Shown here piece after piece: positions 9,245-18,736 of a stretch of DNA of 64,000 bases. The position numbers were made by a program, and so were the translations under genes. The DNA comes from Lentimicrobiaceae bacterium (GTDB lineage Bacteria > Bacteroidota > Bacteroidia > Bacteroidales > UBA4417). The stretch spans positions 92,208-156,207 of the forward strand of contig JBGSUB010000080.1 in the NCBI GenBank assembly GCA_041753535.1. Reading direction: 5' to 3'. A model generated the notes under the pieces. The model saw only the letters and a list, made by a program, of their open reading frames with translations. It did not search any database and was not told where the DNA came from. Numbering within the stretch: position 1 is the first letter of the stretch; each line of letters starts with the position of its first letter.

Positions 9245-10435
9245 ATGAAATCATTCAACCAAATCCTGGAAGCAATTCAACAGCTGAAGTCCAACCTGCA
9301 TTCAAACGATTTCCTCCTGACCTGGGATAAAACCGAAGACGAACTTAAACAAACCCTGCTTGTAGCAGAAGCACTGAAATTTCTTCGTGATCACAATATT
9401 TCCACGAAAGTCTTCGACTCAGGCCTGGCAGTTTCCAATTTCAGGGATAATTCTACACGCACCCGATTTTCGTTTGCATCAGCCTGTAACCTGCTTGGTC
9501 TTGAAGTTCAGGACCTTGACGAAGGTAAATCACAAATCGCTCATGGAGAAACCGTACGTGAGACAGCGAATATGATCAGCTTCTTAACCGATATTATCGG
9601 CATCCGCGACGATATGTTCCTTGGCGAAGGTCATACTTATATGAAAGAAGTTGGCGATGCGCTTGATGATGGTTTTAAACACGGCGTACTTCCGCAGCGC
9701 CCAGGGATCGTGAACCTGCAATGTGATATCGATCATCCCACCCAGTCTATGGCTGACCTGATGCACCTGGCCGGTTATTATGGTGGTCTTGAAAACCTGA
9801 AAGGTAAAAAAATTGCCATGACCTGGGCGTATTCACCAAGTTACGGGAAACCATTGTCGGTTCCACAAGGAATAATTGGTTTGATGACACGTTTCGGGAT
9901 GGAAGTAGACCTTGCCTATCCTGAAGGATACAATTTAATTTCTGATGTTGTGGACCTGGCAGGTAAAAACGCAGCTGCTTCCGGCGGAAAATTCCGTGTT
10001 GTGAACAGCATGGATGAAGCTTTCCAAGAAGCAGATATTGTGTATCCAAAAAGCTGGGCACCATTTTCGGTGATGCAGCGCCGCACTGAATTGCTGAAAA
10101 ACAGCGACAAGGATGGGCTTAAAATCTTGGAACAGGAATGCCTTGCCAACAATGCCCGTTTTAAAGATTGGGAATGCACCGAAGAAAAAATGAAACTTAC
10201 CAAAGATGGCAAAGCTTTGTATATGCACTGCCTGCCAGCAGATATTTCAGGCGTTTCGTGTAAAGAAGGCGAAGTGGCAGAATCAGTTTTTGACAGGTAC
10301 CGAATCGAAACATACAAAGAAGCTGGATTTAAGCCATATATTATTGCAGCTATGATTTTCAATAATAAATTCAAGGATGCTGCAGGAATGCTGAACAAAT
10401 TGAACGAAAGAGGGGTGAAGAGGATTCTGGGATAG
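9245..10435 (+). CDS. ygeW: YgeW-family knotted carbamoyltransferase
   Basis: Near-collinear with E. coli YgeW as I recall it: NFRDNSTRTRFSFASA, DEGKSQIAHGETVRETANMISF, NLQCDIDHPTQSMADL, KKIAMTWAYSPSYGKPLSVPQGIIGLMTRFGM, YMHCLPADISGVSCKEGEV. Confidence 0.92.
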   Translation: MKSFNQILEAIQQLKSNLHSNDFLLTWDKTEDELKQTLLVAEALKFLRDHNISTKVFDSGLAVSNFRDNSTRTRFSFASACNLLGLEVQDLDEGKSQIAHGETVRETANMISFLTDIIGIRDDMFLGEGHTYMKEVGDALDDGFKHGVLPQRPGIVNLQCDIDHPTQSMADLMHLAGYYGGLENLKGKKIAMTWAYSPSYGKPLSVPQGIIGLMTRFGMEVDLAYPEGYNLISDVVDLAGKNAAASGGKFRVVNSMDEAFQEADIVYPKSWAPFSVMQRRTELLKNSDKDGLKILEQECLANNARFKDWECTEEKMKLTKDGKALYMHCLPADISGVSCKEGEVAESVFDRYRIETYKEAGFKPYIIAAMIFNNKFKDAAGMLNKLNERGVKRILG

Positions 10436-10473
10436 AGGGCTGTTGCAGGTATATAATCTTAAACAACGATATA

Positions 10474-11316
10474 TTATTTTATCGTCTCAAATCCCCAACC
10501 ATTCCCTTTAAAATAAACCACCTCATCAATACCTGCTTCCTTTAAAATCGAAAATCCATACCCGAATTCTCCGTCAAGTTCATGCGGTTTGTGCGCATCC
10601 GAATTTACCATTACCGGAATTCGAAGTTCCTTAATCTGCTTCAAAATTTCTAATCCCGGATAAGTGGTTTCTGAACGTTGTTTATAGATTCCACGTGTAT
10701 TTACTTCCACTATAATATCCCGATCCTGTATCAGCGAAAGCGTTTCGTTTACCAGCGACTGGTACCATTCTTCATCTTCCTTGAAAAACCGGTCGCGGTT
10801 GTGCATTTTTATCTTATCAAAATGACCGATAATATCAAAATGCTGGGTTTCAATCATTGCGTTCAACTGGCTGTAGTAAGCGGTAACTGCTTTCCGAATG
10901 TCACCACCAAATAATTCATTAAGCCCTTTGTCGTAAGTTCTGTAGTCGGGACCATCGGTAAACCAAAGTTCTTCATTATCTGTTGGTTTTACCAGGTGAA
11001 CCGATCCGATCAGGTAATCCAGTTTATATTCAGCTTTTACTTTTGAGAAATTCTCCGACATCCCGGGGATATAATCCATTTCCATGCCTGCATAAACAGC
11101 AATCTGTGAACTATATTTTTGTTTCAGGTTTTGCATCAGAGCAACATATTCCTCCCTGTTCTCCTGTCTAAATGAAAATGTATTTTCGAATGGCAAAGGC
11201 GAATGTTCTGTAAAACCAAGAATATGGAATCCTTTGGAAACAGCTTCAATAATGTATTCTTCCGGCTTTGATGAGCCATCGGAGTAAAGGCTATGGGTAT
11301 GATGATTTGTTATCAT
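10474..11316 (-). CDS. PHP-domain histidinol-phosphatase (HisJ-like) family protein
   Basis: N-terminal HHTHSLYSDG metal-binding motif, GFTEHSP, SVHLV, VNSDAHKPHE. 280 aa, typical for the family. Confidence 0.8.
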   Translation of the reverse strand: MITNHHTHSLYSDGSSKPEEYIIEAVSKGFHILGFTEHSPLPFENTFSFRQENREEYVALMQNLKQKYSSQIAVYAGMEMDYIPGMSENFSKVKAEYKLDYLIGSVHLVKPTDNEELWFTDGPDYRTYDKGLNELFGGDIRKAVTAYYSQLNAMIETQHFDIIGHFDKIKMHNRDRFFKEDEEWYQSLVNETLSLIQDRDIIVEVNTRGIYKQRSETTYPGLEILKQIKELRIPVMVNSDAHKPHELDGEFGYGFSILKEAGIDEVVYFKGNGWGFETIK

Positions 11317-11378
11317 TTGGAATGTGAATGGTGGATGTGCGATGTCTATCTTGGAATTTGAGACTTGGAATTTATAAC

Positions 11379-12620
11379 TTACTCACTTGAAACAATCTTA
11401 TACACCTTATCTCTTCTTCGCACTGTCCTCGAAACCGGGAAAGTTGGCTCTTCTCCTTTAACCGCAATCTCGCATGCCTGCTCATTTTTAACCAAACCAG
11501 TAACAACAGATTCATACACACCGGTTGTAGGTCCGATAATTTCAATAGAATCGCCATTCGAAATATCGTGCGAATCCATTCGAACATGAGCAATGCCGGA
11601 TTTTGCAAAATAATTGGCAACCATTCCCACATAAATTTTTTTTGTGGTAGCCAAAGAGCCATGTACCGGCGACCATTCGCCCAATTTGTCACCCATATAA
11701 TAACCCTCCCAGAAACCACGGTTATAAACAGTTGATAGTTCTGTGTTCCAACGTTCGATATTTTCGGGTATAAATTCATTGTTGAAATAAGCAGTTACGG
11801 CCTCACTGTAGCAACGGGTTACGGTTTTTACATATTCCGGCGAGCGGCCACGGCCTTCAATCTTTAGCACGGTGACACCAGCATCAAGGACCTTATCAAG
11901 CAGCTGTATGGTTTTTAAATCCTTTGGCGACATTATATACTCATTGTCGATTTCCAGTTCGGTATCACTTTCCTTATCCTTTACGATATAGGATCGGCGG
12001 CAGTCCTGCAGGCAGGCACCGCGGTTGGCGGAAGTGTTATGGTTGTGCAGGCTGAGATAACATTTACCACTGACTGCCATGCAAAGAGCGCCATGAACAA
12101 AAACTTCAATCTTAACCAGCTCTCCTTTCGGCCCGCGGATATTATGTTCCCTGATTTGTCGGGTAATGGCTGAAACCTGGTCGAGTGTAAGTTCGCGGGC
12201 CGTAACCATTACATCAGCATAACGCGAATAGAACTTCACTGCCGAGATATTGGTAATATTACATTGTGTGGATATATGAATTTCGACCCCTTGTTCCCTG
12301 GCATATTCCAGAACTGCAAGATCGGAAGCAATAACGGCGGTAACACCATTGGCTTTCGCAGCATCAATTGTGCGTTGAACTTCCTCTATCTCGTTGTCGT
12401 AAATAACGGTATTCAGTGTCAGATAGCTTTTCACTTTAAACTGGCGACAGATGCGGGTTATTTTTGCAAGGTCTTCCAAAGTGAAATTCACGCTGGAACG
12501 CGCACGCATATTGAGTTTACCAACCCCGAAATAAACGGAACCTGCACCTCCTTGTATGGCAGCCACAAGCGACTCGTAAGAGCCAACGGGCGACATGATT
12601 TCTATTTCGTGTAAAGACAT
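11379..12620 (-). CDS. peptidase U32 family protein (YegQ/TrhP-like)
   Basis: U32 pattern: EIMSPVGSYESLVAAIQGGAGSVYFG, CMAVSGKCYLS, LKIEGRGRSPEYV. C-terminal beta-barrel-like extension. Confidence 0.85.
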   Translation of the reverse strand: MSLHEIEIMSPVGSYESLVAAIQGGAGSVYFGVGKLNMRARSSVNFTLEDLAKITRICRQFKVKSYLTLNTVIYDNEIEEVQRTIDAAKANGVTAVIASDLAVLEYAREQGVEIHISTQCNITNISAVKFYSRYADVMVTARELTLDQVSAITRQIREHNIRGPKGELVKIEVFVHGALCMAVSGKCYLSLHNHNTSANRGACLQDCRRSYIVKDKESDTELEIDNEYIMSPKDLKTIQLLDKVLDAGVTVLKIEGRGRSPEYVKTVTRCYSEAVTAYFNNEFIPENIERWNTELSTVYNRGFWEGYYMGDKLGEWSPVHGSLATTKKIYVGMVANYFAKSGIAHVRMDSHDISNGDSIEIIGPTTGVYESVVTGLVKNEQACEIAVKGEEPTFPVSRTVRRRDKVYKIVSSE

Positions 12621-12680
12621 TTTTTTGTTTTGTGCAAAAGTAATGGAATATGAATTGACAGGAAATGAGCTGAGGAAATC

Positions 12681-12723
12681 AAAATAAAAAGTCAGGACTT
12701 AAACACAATGTAAAGCCCTGACT
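12681..12723 (-). terminator. intrinsic terminator of aspS
   Basis: On the minus strand, AGTCAGG...CCTGACT 7-bp stem (12690-12696 / 12717-12723) followed by TTTTTATTTT. Confidence 0.6.
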
Positions 12724-12740
12724 TCATTATCATTAAGTAA

Positions 12741-14486
12741 TTAAATTGATACCTTCAGACTCAGCTCCTTAAGCTGATCATCCGAAATACGTGAAGGTGA
12801 ATCAATCATCACGTCGCGGGCGGCGTTATTTTTAGGAAAGGCTATATAATCGCGGATAGATTCGCTGCCACCAAACAAGGAACAAAGGCGGTCGAAACCA
12901 AATGCAATACCTCCGTGAGGAGGAGCACCGAATTCGAAAGCATTCATCAGGAATCCAAACTGTGCCTGTGCATCTTCCTCGCTGAAACCAAGTAATTTCA
13001 ACATTTTGTGCTGCAGCGGTTTGTTGTGGATACGTATAGAACCTCCTCCAACTTCAACACCATTGATAACCATATCGTAAGCGTTGGCACGAACGGAACC
13101 CGGGTCGCTGTCAAGCAAAGCAATATCTTCAGGTTTTGGAGAAGTGAAAGGGTGGTGCATGGCATAAAAACGGTTGGTATCTTCGTCCCACTCGAGTAAT
13201 GGAAAATCATACACCCAAAGCGGGGCAAAGGTTTCAGGGCTACGCAAGCCTAGCCGATTACCCATTTCGAGACGGAGTTCATTTAGTGCTTTACGGGTTT
13301 TATTGGCTTTACCGGCAAGGATAAGCATCAAATCGCCTGGCTTGGCACCAAAAGCTTCAGCCCATTTTTTTAGTTCTTCTGGCGTGTAAAATTTATCAAC
13401 CGATGATTTCAAAGTTCCATCAGCAGCGTAACGAACATAAATTAACCCACCTGCTCCGATTTGAGGTTTCTTCACAAAATCTGTAAGTTCGTCGATTTGC
13501 TTACGGGTGTATTCAGCACAACCTTTAGCATTGATGCCGACGACAAGTTCGGCTTCGTCGAAAACTTTAAAATCTTTTCCTTTTACGAGATCGGTTAATT
13601 CCGTGAATTTCATTCCGAAGCGGATATCGGGTTTATCGCTGCCGTAATATTTCATGGCATCGGCCCAGGTCATTCGCGGCAGTTTAATTACATTAACATT
13701 TTTCACGGTTTTGAAAAGGTGTACAACCAACCCTTCGAATGTATCGAAAATATCCTCCTGGGTAACAAACGACATTTCGCAATCTATCTGGGTAAATTCT
13801 GGCTGGCGGTCAGCCCTTAGGTCTTCATCACGAAAGCATTTCACAATCTGGAAATAGCGGTCATAACCGGCAACCATAAGCAATTGCTTAAAAGTTTGAG
13901 GTGATTGTGGAAGTGCATAAAATTCGCCCGGGTTTACACGTGAGGGAACAACATAATCGCGGGCTCCTTCGGGTGTGCTTTTAATCAGAACAGGGGTCTC
14001 TATCTCAATAAAATTGAGGCTGTCCATATAGTTACGTGTCTGGAATGCCAGCCGGTGCCGAAGTTCCATATTGTGTTTTACAGTATTGCGGCGCAGGTCG
14101 AGATAGCGGTATTTCATACGAAGTTCGTCGCCGCCGTCAGTGTTATCTTCAATGGTAAAAGGAGGAGTTTTCGACTCGTTAAGTATCTCAAGTTTATCGA
14201 CAATAATTTCAATATCGCCGGTTTTCATTTTTGCATTTTTATTGCTTCTTTCGGCTACTTTTCCCGCAACCAGGATCACAAATTCGCGCCCAAGTTTACG
14301 CGCTTGTTCACATAGAGCTGAATTAGTTTCCATGTTGAAAACCAGCTGTGTTATTCCATAGCGGTCGCGAAGGTCAACAAAGGTCATTCCTCCAAGGTCT
14401 CTCGAACGCTGCATCCAGCCGGTTAAAACAACATTACTGCCAACGTGGGCCATTTTCAGTTCTCCACAGGTGTGTGTACGAAGCAT
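12741..14486 (-). CDS. aspS: aspartate--tRNA ligase
   Basis: Class II aaRS: [10 protein letters not shown] start, [18 protein letters not shown] (motif 2 region), [10 protein letters not shown] (motif 3). The ORF-track start at 14579 is a spurious extension into the structured leader. The ATG at 14486 gives the canonical N-terminus. Confidence 0.95.
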   Translation of the reverse strand: MLRTHTCGELKMAHVGSNVVLTGWMQRSRDLGGMTFVDLRDRYGITQLVFNMETNSALCEQARKLGREFVILVAGKVAERSNKNAKMKTGDIEIIVDKLEILNESKTPPFTIEDNTDGGDELRMKYRYLDLRRNTVKHNMELRHRLAFQTRNYMDSLNFIEIETPVLIKSTPEGARDYVVPSRVNPGEFYALPQSPQTFKQLLMVAGYDRYFQIVKCFRDEDLRADRQPEFTQIDCEMSFVTQEDIFDTFEGLVVHLFKTVKNVNVIKLPRMTWADAMKYYGSDKPDIRFGMKFTELTDLVKGKDFKVFDEAELVVGINAKGCAEYTRKQIDELTDFVKKPQIGAGGLIYVRYAADGTLKSSVDKFYTPEELKKWAEAFGAKPGDLMLILAGKANKTRKALNELRLEMGNRLGLRSPETFAPLWVYDFPLLEWDEDTNRFYAMHHPFTSPKPEDIALLDSDPGSVRANAYDMVINGVEVGGGSIRIHNKPLQHKMLKLLGFSEEDAQAQFGFLMNAFEFGAPPHGGIAFGFDRLCSLFGGSESIRDYIAFPKNNAARDVMIDSPSRISDDQLKELSLKVSI

Positions 14487-14500
14487 AGTTTCAGTTTTTT

Positions 14501-14700
14501 GAAGGTGCAAAAGTAAGAATTTTTTAAAGACAAAGAAGGTGAAGTGCAATCCCGTCTGGTCCCGGCTCAGCTCGACCAACGGGATAGTTGTTGCCAGTCA
14601 AGGGCTCGTTTGAGACTGATGTATCAGATTCCGGTGACCGCATGGAGCCGAGGTCACCACTTGTAGCGAGGTGCACTTCAAACAGCACCTTGGAGAGTTT
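14501..14700 (-). promoter_or_regulatory. candidate structured RNA / 5' leader upstream of aspS (class unknown, strand not proven)
   Basis: Nested perfect helices read from the sequence: 14549-14555/14579-14585 plus 14557-14561/14574-14578; 14633-14639/14652-14658; closing helices 14541-14548/14672-14679 and 14536-14540/14687-14691. Alternative partner at 14502-14508. Confidence 0.35.
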
Positions 14701-14812
14701 CCCTTTTCAAGAAACATATTTTAATTGAATATTTTTACTTTATGATCTAAAAATAAATACACCATATTTTCATAAAAAGCGTTAAAAGCCAGAGTTAACC
14801 TACTCCAAACAC

Positions 14813-14843
14813 TTGATTTCCGCCCCCAAATTCATTACCTTTG
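14813..14843 (+). promoter_or_regulatory. candidate Bacteroidota-type promoter of queA (TTG ... TAccTTTG)
   Basis: TACCTTTG at 14836-14843 fits the TAnnTTTG -7 box. TTG at 14813-14815 lies 20 nt upstream. About 37 nt before the queA ATG. Confidence 0.35.
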
Positions 14844-14879
14844 CACACTTTTGCAAATTCAGATAAAAATACTCCCCAT

Positions 14880-15935
14880 ATGAAACTATCCCAATTCAGG
14901 TATCATCTGCCAAACGAGCTGGTAGCACTGCATCCGGTCGAAAACCGGGATGAAGCGCGCATGATGGTACTCGACCGAAAAACACAAACCATTGAACACA
15001 AAACCTTCAAGGATATATTGAATTATTTCGGCGACGGGGATGTTTTTCTCTTAAACAATACCAAAGTCTTTCCGGCATTATTGCTTGGTGAAAAAGAAAA
15101 AACCGGAGCCAAGATAACTGTTTTTCTCCTTCGCGAACTGAACAGTGAAGCCCGTTTATGGGACGTACTTGTTGATCCTGCGCGTAAAATCCGAATAGGC
15201 AACAAACTATATTTTGGCGATGACGATTCATTAGTTGCCGAAGTAATTGACAATACCACTTCACGCGGACGTACGCTGCGGTTCCTGTTCGACGGTCCTT
15301 ACAGTGAATTTAAACGAACCATCGAATCCTTAGGCCGTACTCCACTTCCCGAAGAGTTGCAACGCCTTCGCGATATTGAACCTGGCGACAAAGAACGTTA
15401 CCAGACCATCTACGCTAAAAATGAAGGTGCTGTTGCAGTACCTTCGGCAGGGCTCCATTTCAGCCGTGAACTTATGAAACGCCTCGAATTACAGGGAGTT
15501 AATTTTGCTGAAGTAACACTGCACGCCGGTCTGGGGAATTTCCGCGCCATTGATGTGGAAGATCTTACTAAATACAAAATGGATTCGGAAGAGTTGCTAA
15601 TAGAAGAAGATCAAACGCTGATCGTAAACCGCGCTATCGAATCACGTAGGAAAGTTTGTGTAGTTGGCACCACTACCATGAAAGCAGTTGAATCGTCAGT
15701 AACCATATCCGGACAACTAAAACCTTACAGCGGATGGAGTAATAAGTTTATCTTTCCTCCCTATGATTTCAGCATAGCATCAAGTATGATTACCAATCTG
15801 CATTTACCACAATCGCCTATGATGATGATGGTGGCTGCCTATGCCGGGTATGATCTGCTGATGAAAGCTTACAAAGAAGCAGTTGCGCAGAAATATCGTT
15901 TTTTCACTTATGGAGATGCGATGCTAATACTTTAA
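14880..15935 (+). CDS. queA: S-adenosylmethionine:tRNA ribosyltransferase-isomerase
   Basis: [47 protein letters not shown]. The first in-frame ATG, at 14880, is preferred over the TTG at 14841. Confidence 0.93.
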   Translation: MKLSQFRYHLPNELVALHPVENRDEARMMVLDRKTQTIEHKTFKDILNYFGDGDVFLLNNTKVFPALLLGEKEKTGAKITVFLLRELNSEARLWDVLVDPARKIRIGNKLYFGDDDSLVAEVIDNTTSRGRTLRFLFDGPYSEFKRTIESLGRTPLPEELQRLRDIEPGDKERYQTIYAKNEGAVAVPSAGLHFSRELMKRLELQGVNFAEVTLHAGLGNFRAIDVEDLTKYKMDSEELLIEEDQTLIVNRAIESRRKVCVVGTTTMKAVESSVTISGQLKPYSGWSNKFIFPPYDFSIASSMITNLHLPQSPMMMMVAAYAGYDLLMKAYKEAVAQKYRFFTYGDAMLIL

Positions 15936-15954
15936 TTACTGAAAAGCTTTAATA

Positions 15955-15963
15955 TTATTTGTT
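15955..15963. repeat. target-site duplication, left copy (TTATTTGTT)
   Basis: Identical 9-mer directly abuts both ends of the IS (15955-15963 and 17270-17278). Confidence 0.85.
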
Positions 15964-17269
15964 CATTAGTGATGCGTTAACTTTCTGATTTTACTCGTAA
16001 ATTATTGATATGTATTTAATTGTAGACGTTCTTTGATTTTTTGATTTGATTTGCGCGGTAGCTTTGTGAGAAATCACAAGTTTATGAATAGCGGGAAGTA
16101 TGTTTTTACTCAAGTTTTATCTCAGGTAAATAGTTATGAGTTTAATAAATGTGTAAAGCGTTACAAAGGCAATTACCGGACACGGGAACTGAATTGTTGG
16201 AATCAATTTGCTCAACTCTTTTTCGGACAGCTAACTGCTCGCAACGGTTTGAGAGATATTTGCCTCTGCCTGAATGCTCACAAAAATAGTTTGTATCATT
16301 TGGGAATCAAACAGAGTGTCAATCAATCAACACTATCTCGCGCTAACGAGAATCGTGATTGGCGGATCTTTGCAGACTTCGGAGCTTACCTAATTAAACT
16401 TGTTCAGCCCCTGTATGCCAACAACCCTGTGCCGCATTTGGAGATCGATAACGATATTTTTGTCCTCGATTCAACAACCATTTCACTTAGCCTCACACTT
16501 TGGAGATGGGCAAGGGGTAAACGCTCTCGGGGAGCTATAAAAGTTCATACGCTCCTAGACTTGCGTGGCAACATACCAACCTTTATTTACATAACCGATG
16601 GGAAGTATCACGATGTAAATGCTCTTGATGAAATTGAAATCATACCCAATGCTATCTATGTTATGGATAAAGCTTATGTTGATTTCAAACGTCTATACAC
16701 ATTGAATGAAGCAGATGCATTCTTTGTTATTCGAGCAAAGGATAATTTTCGGTTTAAGGTCATTAAGTCACGGAAAGTCGATAAAAGTATCGGGTTACGT
16801 TGTGATCAAACAATCAAGTTGGTGATTTACAAAAGCAAAAAACAATACCCTGAAAAGCTAAGAAGGATCAAATACTACGACAGCGAAAAGGATATTACCC
16901 TTGTTTTCTTGACCAATAACTTTGAAGTGGAAGCATTGGAGGTGGCTGCTCTTTACAAAAATCGTTGGCAAGTCGAACTGTTTTTCAAATGGATAAAACA
17001 GAATTTACAAATAAAGACTATTTGGGGCCATTCTGAAAATGCAGTAAAAATCCATATTTGGGTAGCTGTTTGCACATACTTGCTGGTAGCATACCTAAAA
17101 TATCAACTTCGTAGTCCCTATTCTGTTTATGAAATGATGCAGATATTAGGAATTTCTGCTTTTGCTAAAACACCTATAAATGAACTACTTACAAAAACAC
17201 AAATCAAACAAAATGTCAAAGAACAACTTAACTTATTTAATATCAATGAAATATTAACGCATCAGTAAT
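15964..17269 (+). mobile_element. intact IS4/IS5-superfamily insertion sequence (1306 bp)
   Basis: Terminal inverted repeats CATTAGTGATGCGTTAA (15964-15980) and reverse complement of TTAACGCATCAGTAATG (17253-17269) match at 16/17. Single DDE transposase ORF. Flanked by a 9-bp direct repeat. Confidence 0.88.
16084..17268 (+). CDS. IS4-family DDE transposase (DUF4372-like N-terminus plus DDE_Tnp_1-like core)
   Basis: MNSGKYVFTQVLSQV...FNKCVKRY N-terminus typical of Bacteroidota IS4-type transposases. DDE-type core (VLDSTTISL, YVMDKAY, YKNRWQVELFFKWIKQ). Confidence 0.88.
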   Translation: MNSGKYVFTQVLSQVNSYEFNKCVKRYKGNYRTRELNCWNQFAQLFFGQLTARNGLRDICLCLNAHKNSLYHLGIKQSVNQSTLSRANENRDWRIFADFGAYLIKLVQPLYANNPVPHLEIDNDIFVLDSTTISLSLTLWRWARGKRSRGAIKVHTLLDLRGNIPTFIYITDGKYHDVNALDEIEIIPNAIYVMDKAYVDFKRLYTLNEADAFFVIRAKDNFRFKVIKSRKVDKSIGLRCDQTIKLVIYKSKKQYPEKLRRIKYYDSEKDITLVFLTNNFEVEALEVAALYKNRWQVELFFKWIKQNLQIKTIWGHSENAVKIHIWVAVCTYLLVAYLKYQLRSPYSVYEMMQILGISAFAKTPINELLTKTQIKQNVKEQLNLFNINEILTHQ

Positions 17270-17278
17270 GTTATTTGT
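17270..17278. repeat. target-site duplication, right copy (TTATTTGTT)
   Basis: See left copy. Confidence 0.85.
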
Positions 17279-17281
17279 TTT

Positions 17282-17310
17282 GAAATCCCTTCGGAAGAGG
17301 GGATTTTTTT
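17282..17310 (+). terminator. intrinsic terminator, probably the original queA terminator, now separated from queA by the IS
   Basis: AAATCCCTTCGGAAGAGGGGATTTTTTTT: GC-rich stem with one bulge, followed by T8 on the plus strand. Confidence 0.7.
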
Positions 17311-17403
17311 TGACCTTTGCTTTCATTATTTATTGTTGCGGCTAATGTTTTGCATTCAATAAAAACACTGAATTCAGAAATAAGAATAGTAAAGAAAAAC
17401 AAG

Positions 17404-18597
17404 ATGGAATCTATAAGAAAAATATATAAAACCGGTCTCGGTCCCTCAAGCAGCCATACCATGGGGCCACGATTTGCTGCTGAAAAATTCAGGGCCAAAA
17501 ATGAGCCCGCAACAGTTATAAAGATAACTCTTTATGGAAGCCTTGCCGCAACCGGGAAAGGCCACCTGACAGATAAAGTTCTGCGGGAATCATTTCCTGA
17601 AGATAAGGTGAAAATATTCTGGGAAAAAGATACTGTACTTCCGCAACATCCGAACGGGATGAAATTTGAAGCACTGGATGATAAAGGCACTCTGATCGAT
17701 GAATGGACAGTTTTCAGCGTTGGCGGAGGAGATATTGAAGATGATGAAATCAAATCGCAGAAAGTTACAGTTTATCCCCATACCAAGATGACCGATATCC
17801 TGAAATGGTGCCAGCTAAACGGCCGCACACTCTGGGAATATGTCGAAATTCATGAAGGAGAGGGCATCTGGGATTTTTTGTCTAAAGTATGGAAAACCAT
17901 GAAGGAATCTATTTTACGCGGGCTGGAGCACGAAGGTGTACTGCCTGGAATATTGCACCTTCCGCGAAAAGCCTCTTCGTACCACATAAAGGCTAAAAGT
18001 TCAGCCGGGAGTCTGCAGAAACGTGCTTTGTTATTTGCTTACGCACTTGCAGTTTCGGAAGAAAATGCAGGCGGTGGAACAATTGTAACAGCACCTACAT
18101 GCGGATCATGCGGTGTAGTTCCGGCAGTATTATACCATGTGCAGAATACTTATGATTTCTCGGATACAAAAATTCTCCGTGCACTTGCAACAGCTGCATT
18201 GATTGGAAACCTGGTGAAGGAAAACGCATCCATTTCGGGTGTCCAGGTTGGGTGCCAGGGCGAAGTCGGGGCAGCCTGTTCAATGGCTGCCGGAGCTGCC
18301 GCACAGCTTTTCGGTGCAACCCCTTCGCAGGTTGAATATGCTGCCGAAATGGGCCTGGAACATCACCTCGGACTCACCTGCGATCCTGTTGCCGGACTTG
18401 TACAGATTCCCTGCATCGAACGAAATGCCATCGGTGCCGGCCGTGCCATGGATGCCAGCGCATATGCCTTGCTTTCTGATGGGCAACATCGGGTAAGTTT
18501 CGATAAAACCTGCCTGGCTATGAACCAAACCGGTCACGATCTTCCTGATATTTACAAGGAAACATCAGAGGGTGGATTGGCGTTATTGATTAAATAA
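17404..18597 (+). CDS. sdaA: L-serine ammonia-lyase (iron-sulfur dependent, single chain)
   Basis: GLGPSSSHTMGP, TAPTCGSCGVVPA, GVQVGCQGEVGAACSMAA, CDPVAGLVQIPCIERN. The ATG at 17404 gives the canonical N-terminus. Confidence 0.9.
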   Translation: MESIRKIYKTGLGPSSSHTMGPRFAAEKFRAKNEPATVIKITLYGSLAATGKGHLTDKVLRESFPEDKVKIFWEKDTVLPQHPNGMKFEALDDKGTLIDEWTVFSVGGGDIEDDEIKSQKVTVYPHTKMTDILKWCQLNGRTLWEYVEIHEGEGIWDFLSKVWKTMKESILRGLEHEGVLPGILHLPRKASSYHIKAKSSAGSLQKRALLFAYALAVSEENAGGGTIVTAPTCGSCGVVPAVLYHVQNTYDFSDTKILRALATAALIGNLVKENASISGVQVGCQGEVGAACSMAAGAAAQLFGATPSQVEYAAEMGLEHHLGLTCDPVAGLVQIPCIERNAIGAGRAMDASAYALLSDGQHRVSFDKTCLAMNQTGHDLPDIYKETSEGGLALLIK

Positions 18598-18600
18598 TAA

Positions 18601-18722
18601 AACCACTAAGGCACTGAGGTACACTAAGAAACACTAAGAAATACATCTTGTGCAGAAACAATCTCAAATTCATTCACTTTTAACACTCAGTGCATCTAAG
18701 TGAGCTAAGAGTGTCAGTGGGT
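18601..18722. repeat. CACTAAG/CACTGAG word array with an imperfect inverted arm (CTCAGTG/CTAAGTG words)
   Basis: Words at 18604, 18612, 18622 and 18632. Inverted-type words at 18685-18720. 18611-18641 is repeated at 19411-19440. Confidence 0.8.
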
Positions 18723-18736
18723 TAAAAAAATCAGCG

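Noticed and set aside
14487-14579. N-terminal extensions proposed by the ORF track for aspS (to 14579), topA (to 26074), GT2 (to 20961), sdaA (from 17317), queA (from 14841), rhlE (from 57335), the FISH protein (from 58881) and the transposase (from 16051).
   Set aside because: In every case an internal ATG reproduces the canonical family N-terminus or signal peptide. The extension runs through intergenic repeats, a structured region or a neighbouring gene.
14501-14700. Possibility that the structured region upstream of aspS is SRP (4.5S) RNA, RNase P RNA, tmRNA, a T-box or a cobalamin/glycine riboswitch.
   Set aside because: I could not find the diagnostic motifs. There is no GGAA-tetraloop/AGCA symmetric-loop helix 8, and no GAGGAAAGUCCGGGC...ACAGAACCCGGCUUA P4 strands. 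There is no tRNA-like 3' end, no T-box AGGGUGGUACCGCG-like sequence and no B12 box. Superficial matches (GGUGCUGUUU, GGCUCCAUG) are too short. It is left as class unknown.
18601-18722. CRISPR array suggested by the repeated short words (also at 22273-22306, 38951-39021, 62295-62380).
   Set aside because: The period is about 7-10 nt with no unique spacers of CRISPR size. The arrays are under 130 bp, and no cas genes are in the window.
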